Sequence record: PZ445536.1
Length of the DNA stretch: 64,000 nucleotides
Direction: 5' to 3' (one strand)
Source: a phage
The notes under the pieces were generated by a model, which was not told the origin of the DNA, did not search any database, and saw only the letters and a program-made list of their open reading frames with translations. Shown in pieces: positions 55,435-64,000 of this stretch; the stretch's first letter is position 1; the number at the start of each line of letters is the position of its first letter. Made by a program: the position numbers and the translations under genes.

Positions 55435-56550
55435 ATGGAAAAATTTATGGCAGAGTTTGGACAAGGATATGTCCAAACGCCATTTTTATCGGAAAGCAAT
55501 TCAGTAAGATACAAAATAAGTATAGCGGGTTCTTGCCCGCTTTCTACTGCAGGGCCATACGTTAAATTTCAAGATAATCCTGTAGGAAGTCAAACATTTA
55601 GCGCAGGTCTTCATTTAAGAGTTTTTGACCCTTCCACAGGAGCATTAGTTGATAGTAAGTCATATGCTTTTTCGACTTCAAATGATACTACATCAGCTGC
55701 TTTTGTTAGTTTCATGAATTCTTTGACGAATAATCGAATTGTTGCTATATTAACTAGTGGAAAGGTTAATTTTCCTCCTGAAGTAGTATCTTGGTTAAGA
55801 ACCGCCGGAACGTCTGCTTTTCCATCTGATTCTATATTGTCAAGATTCGACGTATCATATGCTGCTTTTTATACTTCTTCTAAAAGAGCTATCGCATTAG
55901 AGCATGTTAAATTAAGTAATAGAAAAAGCACAGATGATTATCAAACTATTTTAGATGTTGTATTTGACAGTTTAGAAGACGTCGGAGCTACCGGGTTTCC
56001 AAGAAGAACGTATGAAAGCGTTGAGCAATTCATGTCAGCGGTTGGTGGAACTAATAACGAAATTGCGCGTCTACCAACTTCAGCTACTATAAGTAAATTA
56101 TCTGATTATAATTTAATTCCTGGCGATGTTCTTTATCTTAAAGCCCAGTTATATGCTGATGCCGATTTACTTGCTCTTGGAACTACGAATATATCCATTC
56201 GATTTTATAATGCATCGAACGGATATATTTCCTCGACACAAGCTGAGTTTACTGGACGGGCTGGGTCTTGGGAATTAAAAGAAGACTATGTAGTTGTTCC
56301 AGAAAACGCTGTAGGATTTACGATATACGCACAAAGAACTGCACAAGCTGGCCAAGGTGGCATGAGGAATTTAAGCTTTTCTGAGGTATCAAGAAATGGC
56401 GGTATTTCAAAACCTGCTGAATTTGGCGTCAATGGTATTCGTGTTAATTATATCTGTGAATCTGCTTCACCTCCGGATATAATGGTACTTCCTACGCAAG
56501 CATCGTCTAAAACTGGTAAAGTGTTTGGGCAAGAATTTAGAGAAGTTTAA
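55435..56550 (+). CDS. 35: long tail fibre hinge (knee) protein gp35, 371 aa
   Basis: 371 aa; GAGG RBS immediately after the gene 34 stop. Confidence 0.88.
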   Translation: MEKFMAEFGQGYVQTPFLSESNSVRYKISIAGSCPLSTAGPYVKFQDNPVGSQTFSAGLHLRVFDPSTGALVDSKSYAFSTSNDTTSAAFVSFMNSLTNNRIVAILTSGKVNFPPEVVSWLRTAGTSAFPSDSILSRFDVSYAAFYTSSKRAIALEHVKLSNRKSTDDYQTILDVVFDSLEDVGATGFPRRTYESVEQFMSAVGGTNNEIARLPTSATISKLSDYNLIPGDVLYLKAQLYADADLLALGTTNISIRFYNASNGYISSTQAEFTGRAGSWELKEDYVVVPENAVGFTIYAQRTAQAGQGGMRNLSFSEVSRNGGISKPAEFGVNGIRVNYICESASPPDIMVLPTQASSKTGKVFGQEFREV

Positions 56551-56553
56551 ATT

Positions 56554-56580
56554 GAGGGAGCCTTCGGGTTCCCTTTTTCT
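56554..56580 (+). terminator. intrinsic terminator after gene 35
   Basis: GGGAGCC-UUCG-GGUUCCC hairpin followed by UUUUUCU. Confidence 0.7.
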
Positions 56581-56581
56581 T

Positions 56582-56589
56582 TATAAATA
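56582..56589 (+). promoter_or_regulatory. late promoter TATAAATA for gene 36
   Basis: exact motif 23 nt upstream of the gene 36 ATG. Confidence 0.7.
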
Positions 56590-56612
56590 CTATTAAAATA
56601 AAGGGGCATACA

Positions 56613-57278
56613 ATGGCTGATTTAAAAGTAGGTTCAACAACTGGAGGCTCTGTCATTTGGCATCAAGGAAATTTTCCATTGAATCCAGCCGGTGACGATG
56701 TACTCTATAAATCATTTAAAATATATTCAGAATATAACAAACCACAAGCTGCAGATAACGATTTCGTTTCTAAAGCTAACGGTGGTACTTATGCATCAAA
56801 GGTAACATTTAATGCTGGTGTTCAAGTACCATATGCTATAAACAATACAAACCAAAGTGGTATTTATCCTGGTAATGGAGATGCAGCTACTTTTGTTACA
56901 GCAAATATTGATATTGTTTCATGGTATGGTATTGGTTTTAAATCATCACAGGGTTCAGCAGCCAGAACTGTAGTAATCAATACACGTAATGGTGATATTA
57001 GTACAAAAGGCGTTGTATCCGCTGCAGGTCAAGTAAGAAGTGATGCAGCTGCTCCTATAGCAGCGAATGACCTTACTAGAAAGGACTATGTTGATGGAGC
57101 AATAAATACTGTTACAGCAAATGCAAACTCTAGAGTGTTACGATCTGGTGACACTATGACGGGAAACTTAACCGCACCAAACTTTTTCTCGCAGAATCCT
57201 GCATCTCAACCTTCACATGTTCCACGATTTGACCAAATCGTAATTAAGGATTCTGTTCAAGATTTCGGCTATTATTAA
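56613..57278 (+). CDS. 36: long tail fibre distal connector gp36, 221 aa
   Basis: 221 aa, position between genes 35 and 37. Confidence 0.88.
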   Translation: MADLKVGSTTGGSVIWHQGNFPLNPAGDDVLYKSFKIYSEYNKPQAADNDFVSKANGGTYASKVTFNAGVQVPYAINNTNQSGIYPGNGDAATFVTANIDIVSWYGIGFKSSQGSAARTVVINTRNGDISTKGVVSAAGQVRSDAAAPIAANDLTRKDYVDGAINTVTANANSRVLRSGDTMTGNLTAPNFFSQNPASQPSHVPRFDQIVIKDSVQDFGYY

Positions 57279-57286
57279 GAGGACTT

Positions 57287-60200
57287 ATGGCTACTTTAAA
57301 ACAAATACAATTTAAAAGAAGCAAAACCGCAGGTGCACGTCCTGCTGCTTCAGTATTAGCCGAAGGTGAATTGGCTATAAACTTAAAAGATAGAACAATT
57401 TTTACTAAAGATGATTCAGGAAATATCATTGATTTAAGCATTTCCGCTGGCGGTAATATCAGTGGAAATGTAACTATTGATGGAACTTTACGCGTCAATG
57501 GACCAATAAACAATTTTGGAAATTTTTCCACAAGTGGCCAGATTACCGCTGGTAGTAGTATTTCAGCTCAAGTTTTTAGAGCATTGCAAGGTTCGTTTTA
57601 TACAAGAGCATCAAATGATGTCTCAAATGCCCATTTATGGTTTGAAAATGCCGATGGCACTGAACGAGGTGTTATATATGCTCGTCCTCAAACTACAACT
57701 GACGGTGAAATACGCCTTAGGGTTAGACAAGGAACAGGAAGCACCATTAATAGCGAATTCTATTTCCGTTCTATAAACGGCGGTGAATTTCAAGCCAATC
57801 GTATTTTAGCATCAGATTCGTTAGTAACAAAACGCATTGCAGCTGATACAGTTATTCACGGTGGCAAAGCCTTTGGTGTATATGATACGGATTCATTAGT
57901 TAACTACGTATACCCAGGCACCGGTGAAACTAACGGAGTAAACTATCTTCGTAAAGTTCGCGCTAAATCAGGCGGTACCATATGGCATGAGCTTTGTACT
58001 GCTCAATCAGGCCAAGCTGATGAAATGTCTTGGTGGACCGGTTCTACTCCTATTTCAAAACAATTTGGTATTCGTCATGACGGTCGGATGATTGTCCGCA
58101 ATAGTCTTGCATTAGGCACTATGACTACTGATTTTCCATCGAGCGATTATGGTAATGGTGGCGCATTAGGATTCGGTGCTTATTTGGCTCTAGGTGATAA
58201 CGGAACTGGTTTACGCTATCAAAAAACCGGTGTTTATGATTTAGTTGGTTCCGGATTGTCTGTTGCATCTATTACTCCAGATAGTTTCCGTAGTACTCGT
58301 AAAGCATTATTTGGACGTTCAGAAGACCAAGGCACCACATGGATTATGCCTGGAACGAACGCTGCATTTTTATCAGTTCAAACACAGGCTGATGAAAACA
58401 CTGCTGGAGACGGCCAGACGCATATTGGCTATAACTCAGGCGGAAAAATGAACCACTATTTCCGTGGTAAAGGCAAAACTAATATTAATACTCAGGAAGG
58501 TATGGAAGTTAATCCGGGTATTTTGAAATTGGTAACTGGCTCTAATAATGTAATGTTTTATGCTGATGGCGGTATTACATCTGTTAAGCAGCTTTCAATA
58601 TATAATGGCATATATTTAGCAGCTAATAATTCTACTGCTGGGCTAACATTCGCTCCAACTACTACAGTTGATGGTACTAAGCAAATTTTGTGGGAAGGCG
58701 GTACTCGTGCTGGGCAGAATAAAAGCTATGTAACTGTTAAAGCGTGGGGTAATTCATTTAACGCATCTGGCGATCGTTCCCGTGAAACAGTTTTTGAGGT
58801 AGGTGATGGGCAAGGTTACCATTTTTATTCTCAACGTGTAGCTCCTGCGCCTGGTTCGACTGTCGGGCCTATTCAACTCCGAGTTGATGGTGGTTTATTA
58901 ACTTCAGGTAGTATTGTTGCTTCTGGTTCTATTACAACCGAATCTTCTTTGAGTGTTAATAATGGCATGTCAGTAAACGGACAAGCTAAATTCGGTGGAA
59001 CTGCTGATGCATTAAGAATTTGGAATGCCGAATACGGTGCTATTTTCCGTCGCTCAGAAACAGCATTACATATTATCCCGACTCCCAAAGATGCCGGTGA
59101 AAGTGGTGGAATAAGTAATCTCCGCCCACTTAGTATTAGTCTTAATAATGGTATGGTACAAATGCGCCATTCTGTTACGTTAGGCGATGATGGCGCTGGC
59201 GGTAATATGATTACTGTGGACAACGATACCAAACTTGTTGTTGTTACTAGTAATAGTCGCATTTCTCCTAATTACCGTATGCAGGTAGGACAAGCAGCTT
59301 ATATTGATGCTGAATGTACTGACACAGTTCGCCCGGCTGGTGCAGGGTCTTTTGCTTCACAAAATAATGAAAACGTTCGTGCTCCATTCTATATGAATAT
59401 TAATCGCACAGATACAAGTACTTACGTTCCTATTTTGAAACAGCGATATGTCCAAGGAAACAGTTGTTATTCTCTGGGAACTCTAATTAACGGCGGTAAC
59501 TTCAGAGTTCATTATCATGAAGGCGGCGATGGCGGTTCGACTGGCGCTATTATAAAGGATTTAGGTTGGGAATTTACCAAAAATGGTGATTTTATATCTC
59601 CTAAGCGTGTTTCTGCTGGGGGTTCAGTTTATTTAGGTACAGACGGCAATATTACAGGTGGTTCTGGCAATTTTGCTAATTTAAACAGTACAATTGAATC
59701 ACTTAAAACCGATATTGTATCGAGTTACCCAATCGGTGCTCCTATTCCATGGCCAACGGATACTCCTCCTGACGGTTACGCTATTATGGAAGGCCAGACT
59801 TTTGATAAGTCTGCATACCCAAAATTGGCTATGGCTTACCCATCTGGCGTAATTCCAGATATGCGCGGGCAAACTATTAAAGGTAAACCAAGTGGTCGAG
59901 CTGTATTAAGCGCAGAAGCCGATGGTGTTAAGGCTCATAGCCATAGTGCATCGGCTTCAAGTACTGACTTGGGTACTAAAACTACGTCGAGTTTTGATTA
60001 TGGTACTAAGACGACAAGTAGCTTTGACTATGGCACTAAGACTAGCAATACCACAGGTAACCACTCTCATACTGTAAGCGGTACTACGAGTTCTGCTGGT
60101 GCACACCAACATGCGCGCTCAGGTCCTCAGTTACAAGCCGGCATACCCAATAACATATTCTATGACGGATATAATAGTGTAGGTGCAAACGCCAACGCTA

Positions 60201-60481
60201 AAATCACCGGATCTGTGAGCGGTGCTACTGCAGGGTCGAATATAGCCAAAACTTCTTCAGACGGTGCTCATACCCATACTTGGTCTGGTACTACAAGCAC
60301 TACAGGTAACCATGCTCACACAGTAGGTATTGGTGCTCATACCCATACTGTAGGTATCGGTGCTCATACCCACACGGTAGCAATTGGCTCGCATGGTCAT
60401 ACTATCACTGTAAATAGTACAGGTAATACAGAAAACACGGTTAAAAACATCGCTTTTAACTATATCGTTCGTTTAGCATAA
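57287..60481 (+). CDS. 37: long tail fibre distal subunit gp37 (receptor-binding), 1064 aa
   Basis: C-terminus ends [15 protein letters not shown]; His-box repeats ([31 protein letters not shown]); ORF longer than the roughly 1026 aa recalled for T4 gp37. Confidence 0.9.
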   Translation: MATLKQIQFKRSKTAGARPAASVLAEGELAINLKDRTIFTKDDSGNIIDLSISAGGNISGNVTIDGTLRVNGPINNFGNFSTSGQITAGSSISAQVFRALQGSFYTRASNDVSNAHLWFENADGTERGVIYARPQTTTDGEIRLRVRQGTGSTINSEFYFRSINGGEFQANRILASDSLVTKRIAADTVIHGGKAFGVYDTDSLVNYVYPGTGETNGVNYLRKVRAKSGGTIWHELCTAQSGQADEMSWWTGSTPISKQFGIRHDGRMIVRNSLALGTMTTDFPSSDYGNGGALGFGAYLALGDNGTGLRYQKTGVYDLVGSGLSVASITPDSFRSTRKALFGRSEDQGTTWIMPGTNAAFLSVQTQADENTAGDGQTHIGYNSGGKMNHYFRGKGKTNINTQEGMEVNPGILKLVTGSNNVMFYADGGITSVKQLSIYNGIYLAANNSTAGLTFAPTTTVDGTKQILWEGGTRAGQNKSYVTVKAWGNSFNASGDRSRETVFEVGDGQGYHFYSQRVAPAPGSTVGPIQLRVDGGLLTSGSIVASGSITTESSLSVNNGMSVNGQAKFGGTADALRIWNAEYGAIFRRSETALHIIPTPKDAGESGGISNLRPLSISLNNGMVQMRHSVTLGDDGAGGNMITVDNDTKLVVVTSNSRISPNYRMQVGQAAYIDAECTDTVRPAGAGSFASQNNENVRAPFYMNINRTDTSTYVPILKQRYVQGNSCYSLGTLINGGNFRVHYHEGGDGGSTGAIIKDLGWEFTKNGDFISPKRVSAGGSVYLGTDGNITGGSGNFANLNSTIESLKTDIVSSYPIGAPIPWPTDTPPDGYAIMEGQTFDKSAYPKLAMAYPSGVIPDMRGQTIKGKPSGRAVLSAEADGVKAHSHSASASSTDLGTKTTSSFDYGTKTTSSFDYGTKTSNTTGNHSHTVSGTTSSAGAHQHARSGPQLQAGIPNNIFYDGYNSVGANANAKITGSVSGATAGSNIAKTSSDGAHTHTWSGTTSTTGNHAHTVGIGAHTHTVGIGAHTHTVAIGSHGHTITVNSTGNTENTVKNIAFNYIVRLA

Positions 60482-60484
60482 GGA

Positions 60485-60503
60485 GAGGGGCTTCGGCCCC
60501 TTC
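60485..60503 (+). terminator. hairpin GGGGC-UUCG-GCCCC after gene 37
   Basis: stable tetraloop hairpin between genes 37 and 38, overlapping the gene 38 RBS region. Confidence 0.55.
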
Positions 60504-60508
60504 TGAAT

Positions 60509-61060
60509 ATGAAAATATATCATTATTATTTTGACACTAAAGAATTTTACAAAGAAGAAAATTACAAACCGGTTAAAGGACTCGGTCTTCCTGCTCATTC
60601 AACAATTAAAAAACCTTTAGAACCTAAAGAAGGATACGCAGTTGTATTTGATGAACGTACTCAAGATTGGATTTATGAAGAAGACCATCGCGGCAAACGA
60701 GCATGGACTTTTAATAAAGAAGAAATTTTTATAAGTGACATTGGAAGCCCGGTTGGTATAACCTTTGATGAGCCCGGCGAATTTGATATATGGACTGATG
60801 ACGGTTGGAAAGAAGACGAAACATATAAACGCGTTTTAATTCGCAATAGAAAAATTGAAGAATTATACAAAGAATTCCAAGTTTTAAATAATATGATTGA
60901 AGCTTCTGTCGCGAATAAAAAGGAAAAATTCTATTATAAAAACCTTAAGCGGTTCTTTGCTCTTTTAGAAAAGCATGAGCATTTAGGTGGTGAATTCCCT
61001 TCATGGCCTGAAAAAGAACGGAAACCTTGGTATAAGCGTTTATTCAAGCATTACGTATAA
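60509..61060 (+). CDS. 38: tail fibre assembly chaperone gp38 (T4-type, 183 aa)
   Basis: 183 aa, MKIYHYYFDTKEFYKEENYKPVKG. Confidence 0.88.
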   Translation: MKIYHYYFDTKEFYKEENYKPVKGLGLPAHSTIKKPLEPKEGYAVVFDERTQDWIYEEDHRGKRAWTFNKEEIFISDIGSPVGITFDEPGEFDIWTDDGWKEDETYKRVLIRNRKIEELYKEFQVLNNMIEASVANKKEKFYYKNLKRFFALLEKHEHLGGEFPSWPEKERKPWYKRLFKHYV

Positions 61061-61064
61061 ATAT
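61057..61064 (+). promoter_or_regulatory. late promoter TATAAATA for gene t
   Basis: exact motif overlapping the gene 38 stop, 17 nt upstream of the t ATG. Confidence 0.65.
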
Positions 61065-61080
61065 CTTAAAAGGAGGGTCT

Positions 61081-61737
61081 ATGGCAGCACCTAGAATATC
61101 ATTTTCGCCCTCTGATATTCTATTTGGTGTTCTAGATCGCTTGTTCAAAGATAACGCTACTGGGAAAGTTCTTGCTTCCCGGGTAGCTGTCGTAATTCTT
61201 TTATTTATGATGGCGATTGTTTGGTATAGGGGAGATAGTTTCTTTGAGTACTATAAGCAATCAAAGTATGAAACATACAGTGAAATTATTGAAAAGGAAA
61301 GAAATGCACGCTTTGAATCTGTCGCCCTGGAACAACTCCAGATAGTTCATATATCATCTGAGGCAGACTTTAGTGCGGTGTATTCTTTCCGCCCTAAAAA
61401 CTTAAACTATTTTGTTGATATTATAGCATACGAAGGAAGATTACCTTCAACAATAACTGAAAAATCACTTGGAGGATATCCTGTTGATAAAACTATGGAT
61501 GAATATATAGTTCATTTAAATGGACGTCATTATTATTCTGACTCAAAATTTGCTTTTTTACCAACTAAAAAGCCTACTCCCGAAATAAACTACATGTACA
61601 GTTGTCCATATTTTAATTTGGATAATATCTATGCTGGAACGATAACCATGTACTGGTATAGAAATGATCATATAAGTAATGACCACCTTGAATCAATATG
61701 CGCTCAGGCGGCCAGAATATTAGGAAGGGCTAAATAA
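61081..61737 (+). CDS. t: holin T, 218 aa
   Basis: 218 aa, single N-terminal TM segment (VAVVILLFMMAIVWY) and large periplasmic domain; AAGGAGGG RBS. Confidence 0.9.
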   Translation: MAAPRISFSPSDILFGVLDRLFKDNATGKVLASRVAVVILLFMMAIVWYRGDSFFEYYKQSKYETYSEIIEKERNARFESVALEQLQIVHISSEADFSAVYSFRPKNLNYFVDIIAYEGRLPSTITEKSLGGYPVDKTMDEYIVHLNGRHYYSDSKFAFLPTKKPTPEINYMYSCPYFNLDNIYAGTITMYWYRNDHISNDHLESICAQAARILGRAK

Positions 61738-62010
61738 TTATTTGTTCGTATACATCTCTAGATATCGATATACACCCTCAAAACCCTCGTTGAATTCGTC
61801 GATGAGGGTTTTCTTATCTTCTTGAGTTAATTCAGAAACAATTTTACGGAATGAATTCTGATTTAATTTTCTACCTTCATGCGTTACTCCAATCTCATTC
61901 AGAAATGCAATAAAATTAGCACGATTCTCAACAATATCTTCTCTGGAAAATTTAATCAAAATAGACGCAACAGTAATAATTTCACGAACTGTATCAATGT
62001 TTTTATTCAT
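61738..62010 (-). CDS. asiA: anti-sigma70 factor AsiA, 90 aa
   Basis: 90 aa, MNKNIDTVREIITVASILIKFSREDIVENRANFIAFLNEIGVTHEGRKL. Confidence 0.9.
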   Translation of the reverse strand: MNKNIDTVREIITVASILIKFSREDIVENRANFIAFLNEIGVTHEGRKLNQNSFRKIVSELTQEDKKTLIDEFNEGFEGVYRYLEMYTNK

Positions 62011-62022
62011 TAACTATACCAC

Positions 62023-62175
62023 TCAATTAGTTGACTTTGTTATAATATCATCAGACGCTTGATTTGTAAACTGGTCTGTGTTATTTTCTTCAAAAATTTT
62101 TTCTACGAATTCCTTGAACGACTTACGTTCCTGAGCTACATTATGCTCGATTACTTTTTCAAGATTATGACTCAT
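62023..62175 (-). CDS. small acidic protein (50 aa), not in the ORF track
   Basis: hand translation MSHNLEKVIEHNVAQERKSFKEFVEKIFEENNTDQFTNQASDDIITKSTN; its ATG overlaps the arn stop as ATGA. Confidence 0.45.
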   Translation of the reverse strand: MSHNLEKVIEHNVAQERKSFKEFVEKIFEENNTDQFTNQASDDIITKSTN

Positions 62176-62450
62176 TCGAAATAATCTTCAATTTCATAAT
62201 CATGGACGTAAATCATTATAGTTTTTAATACATCATCAATACTTTTTCCTGGAGCTGGAATTACGTAGAAATATCCTGCTTTTGAGAGGTCTTTATAAGT
62301 TCCAATCAAGAAATCATTATTCTCAAGATGTAGTTCTTCAACTAATTCATTAACAATTGAATGGTATAGGTTTGGTAGAAACTTATATAGCTTTTCTAGA
62401 ATATCAATTTTGATTGTGTATTGAACCACGGATTGAGAATCAATAATCAT
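62172..62450 (-). CDS. arn: Arn-like anti-restriction protein (McrBC inhibitor), 92 aa
   Basis: 92-aa acidic protein next to asiA; assignment by position and size. Confidence 0.65.
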   Translation of the reverse strand: MIIDSQSVVQYTIKIDILEKLYKFLPNLYHSIVNELVEELHLENNDFLIGTYKDLSKAGYFYVIPAPGKSIDDVLKTIMIYVHDYEIEDYFE

Positions 62451-62533
62451 AGACCTTCCCCTTATGTTTCTGTTTGCGATTAGATTCTTTAAACGCTTTC
62501 TTCTTATCCTTATGAACAGAAGCTTTATTAAAA

Positions 62534-62752
62534 TTATGTTTTGCGACTAAATTGTTCATAGTGCTGAATTACCTCTCTCAAACATTTGCATGTGAATGAA
62601 AACTTTTTAGCTACACCACATTCAAATATATGTTCTCTTAAATCGCGTGTATCGGTATATCCCATCTCAACAATAAAATGCCGTATTAGATTTTTATCTT
62701 TATCATTGAGAGAATTAAAATAGTCAGATTTTGAATTAATTTCCCTGGCCAA
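62534..62752 (-). CDS. hypothetical protein (72 aa)
   Basis: minus-strand ORF; Cys-containing (CGVAKKFSFTCKC). Confidence 0.5.
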   Translation of the reverse strand: MAREINSKSDYFNSLNDKDKNLIRHFIVEMGYTDTRDLREHIFECGVAKKFSFTCKCLREVIQHYEQFSRKT

Positions 62753-63032
62753 ATTGAATCACCTTCAGTTGACGTTTTAACTCTTTTATCATTTCTTCGT
62801 TCATCGCAATATAAAGATCGCGCAAAGCAGGTTTTAGCGTTCCATTTACTGGAGAACTAAATGGACATATATAATCTTTTCCTACAAGCTTTTTAGTGAA
62901 TTCCATATCACAGAACTTAAATCCAGGCTCATTGGTATAAATTCCCCAATTGGTTGACATCATTTTATTGGCATATTCTAGTGCCTGGATTTGATTCATA
63001 ATTCCATCAATTTGAAACTTTTTAATATTCAT
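62736..63032 (-). CDS. hypothetical protein (98 aa)
   Basis: minus-strand ORF. Confidence 0.55.
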   Translation of the reverse strand: MNIKKFQIDGIMNQIQALEYANKMMSTNWGIYTNEPGFKFCDMEFTKKLVGKDYICPFSSPVNGTLKPALRDLYIAMNEEMIKELKRQLKVIQFGQGN

Positions 63033-63493
63033 TAGTAAAGGTCCTCAGAGTAAAGTTCTTTTTCACTACCACCACGTTCAATACGTACTTGTCCAGCGTA
63101 AGTTGCAATAATCATTGCTTCTTCACGTGTCCAATAATTACTATATTGGTCAATAAACCCTTGGTCATCATCACAAACTTGTTGAGTAACTAATTGAGGT
63201 TTAACTACATCTAAAACTTCTGCCATATCTTTAGAATAATGACGAGCACCTGGAATAATAAGAGTTCGTCCATCTTTTAATTTAAAACGGTTGGCTGCAC
63301 AGACAATTCGTCGTTGATACTTTTGGTTTTCATCCCAATACGCAGTCTGCCAACAGATTTCAGGAACTTCTTTCAGAATATCTTCTTCTGTGCATTTATA
63401 ACCATGCGCTTTAAATTTTTCAACAAGACTTTCTGGAGTTTCACGAGATAAAGGAACATTCAGCATTTTTAAACGATTAATAAATGGGTTCAT
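63032..63493 (-). CDS. hypothetical protein (153 aa)
   Basis: minus-strand ORF, TAATG-type junction with neighbours. Confidence 0.6.
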   Translation of the reverse strand: MNPFINRLKMLNVPLSRETPESLVEKFKAHGYKCTEEDILKEVPEICWQTAYWDENQKYQRRIVCAANRFKLKDGRTLIIPGARHYSKDMAEVLDVVKPQLVTQQVCDDDQGFIDQYSNYWTREEAMIIATYAGQVRIERGGSEKELYSEDLY

Positions 63494-63819
63494 TTAAACC
63501 ATCCTTTAATACGTTGCCACAAAGTTTTCTGCTGAGCTTTGTTAACACCAATTGAACGAATAACCGGTTGAGATTCCTGGAATTCTTTATAATCAGCAAG
63601 GTAAATTTCGTAAGCTGCATCTGTAAATGAACTTATTGCTGCCATAAAATTATTGCGAATACCTACTGGAGCATCTTTACTTTCACGAATAATCATGTAT
63701 TTACCAGTCTTAATCTTTACGATAGTTCCAAGATAAGCTCCATGGTACCAAATATCCCAACCCTCTTGAGTAGGTTCTGCGCAACGACGAAGTTCATTAA
63801 CGATTTCTAACTTGTTCAT
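63490..63819 (-). CDS. hypothetical protein (109 aa)
   Basis: ATG with GGA RBS. Confidence 0.6.
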   Translation of the reverse strand: MNKLEIVNELRRCAEPTQEGWDIWYHGAYLGTIVKIKTGKYMIIRESKDAPVGIRNNFMAAISSFTDAAYEIYLADYKEFQESQPVIRSIGVNKAQQKTLWQRIKGWFK

Positions 63820-63829
63820 TATTTATTCC

Positions 63830-64000
63830 TCACAGTTCAGATGCTACAGTGATTACAGCTTCAATGTTTTCTACCGAGCGTTTAATGTCAAGATACACAT
63901 TACCGTTTTTAGCGATTTTACATGACATTCCGATATCAGTAAATTTCTGAATATGATGTTCCATCATTTTGTATCCAAAAATTCGCATATTTCCATTGTT
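63830..64000 (-). CDS. partial CDS (C-terminal 56 codons; 5-prime end beyond the window)
   Basis: the - strand frame is open from the window edge to a TGA at 63830..63832. Confidence 0.45.
   Translation of the reverse strand, partial: NNGNMRIFGYKMMEHHIQKFTDIGMSCKIAKNGNVYLDIKRSVENIEAVITVASEL

Overview
This 64 kb window reads as one contiguous segment of a T4-like (Tevenvirinae, T-even type) myovirus genome. No rRNA, tRNA or CRISPR array was found. The + strand carries late structural modules: tail sheath 18, tail tube 19, portal 20, prohead core 67/68, prohead protease 21, scaffold 22, major capsid 23, vertex 24, then uvsW, baseplate hub 51-27-28-29-48-54, and long tail fibre 34-35-36-37-38 plus holin t. 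The - strand carries tightly packed early/middle clusters: rnlB, hoc, inh, uvsY, 25, 26; two Alt-type ADP-ribosyltransferase paralogs, DNA ligase 30 and a run of small 30.x-type ORFs, rIII, 31, cd, pseT, alc, rnlA, denA, nrdB, nrdA, td, frd, 32, 59, 33, dsbA, rnh; and asiA and arn. Regulatory signals are typical of T4: TATAAATA late promoters, GC-stem hairpins with UUCG/CGAA-type loops, and TAATG/ATGA stop-start overlaps. Gene identities rest on protein length, N-terminal sequence and motifs recalled from T4, not on a database search. The supplied ORF track uses a 60-aa cutoff and accepts TTG/GTG starts, so several starts were re-placed on ATG codons with a Shine-Dalgarno sequence, and a few short genes were added by hand. 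The features most worth a second look are an Alt paralog split by a frame break at a homopolymer, an HNH endonuclease ORF between genes 18 and 19, an extra ORF between frd and td, recurring promoter-stem-loop cassettes, a NADAR-domain protein, and a repeat-rich gp37 tip. I did not find a clearly novel multi-gene system; most of the window is a well-characterised gene order.
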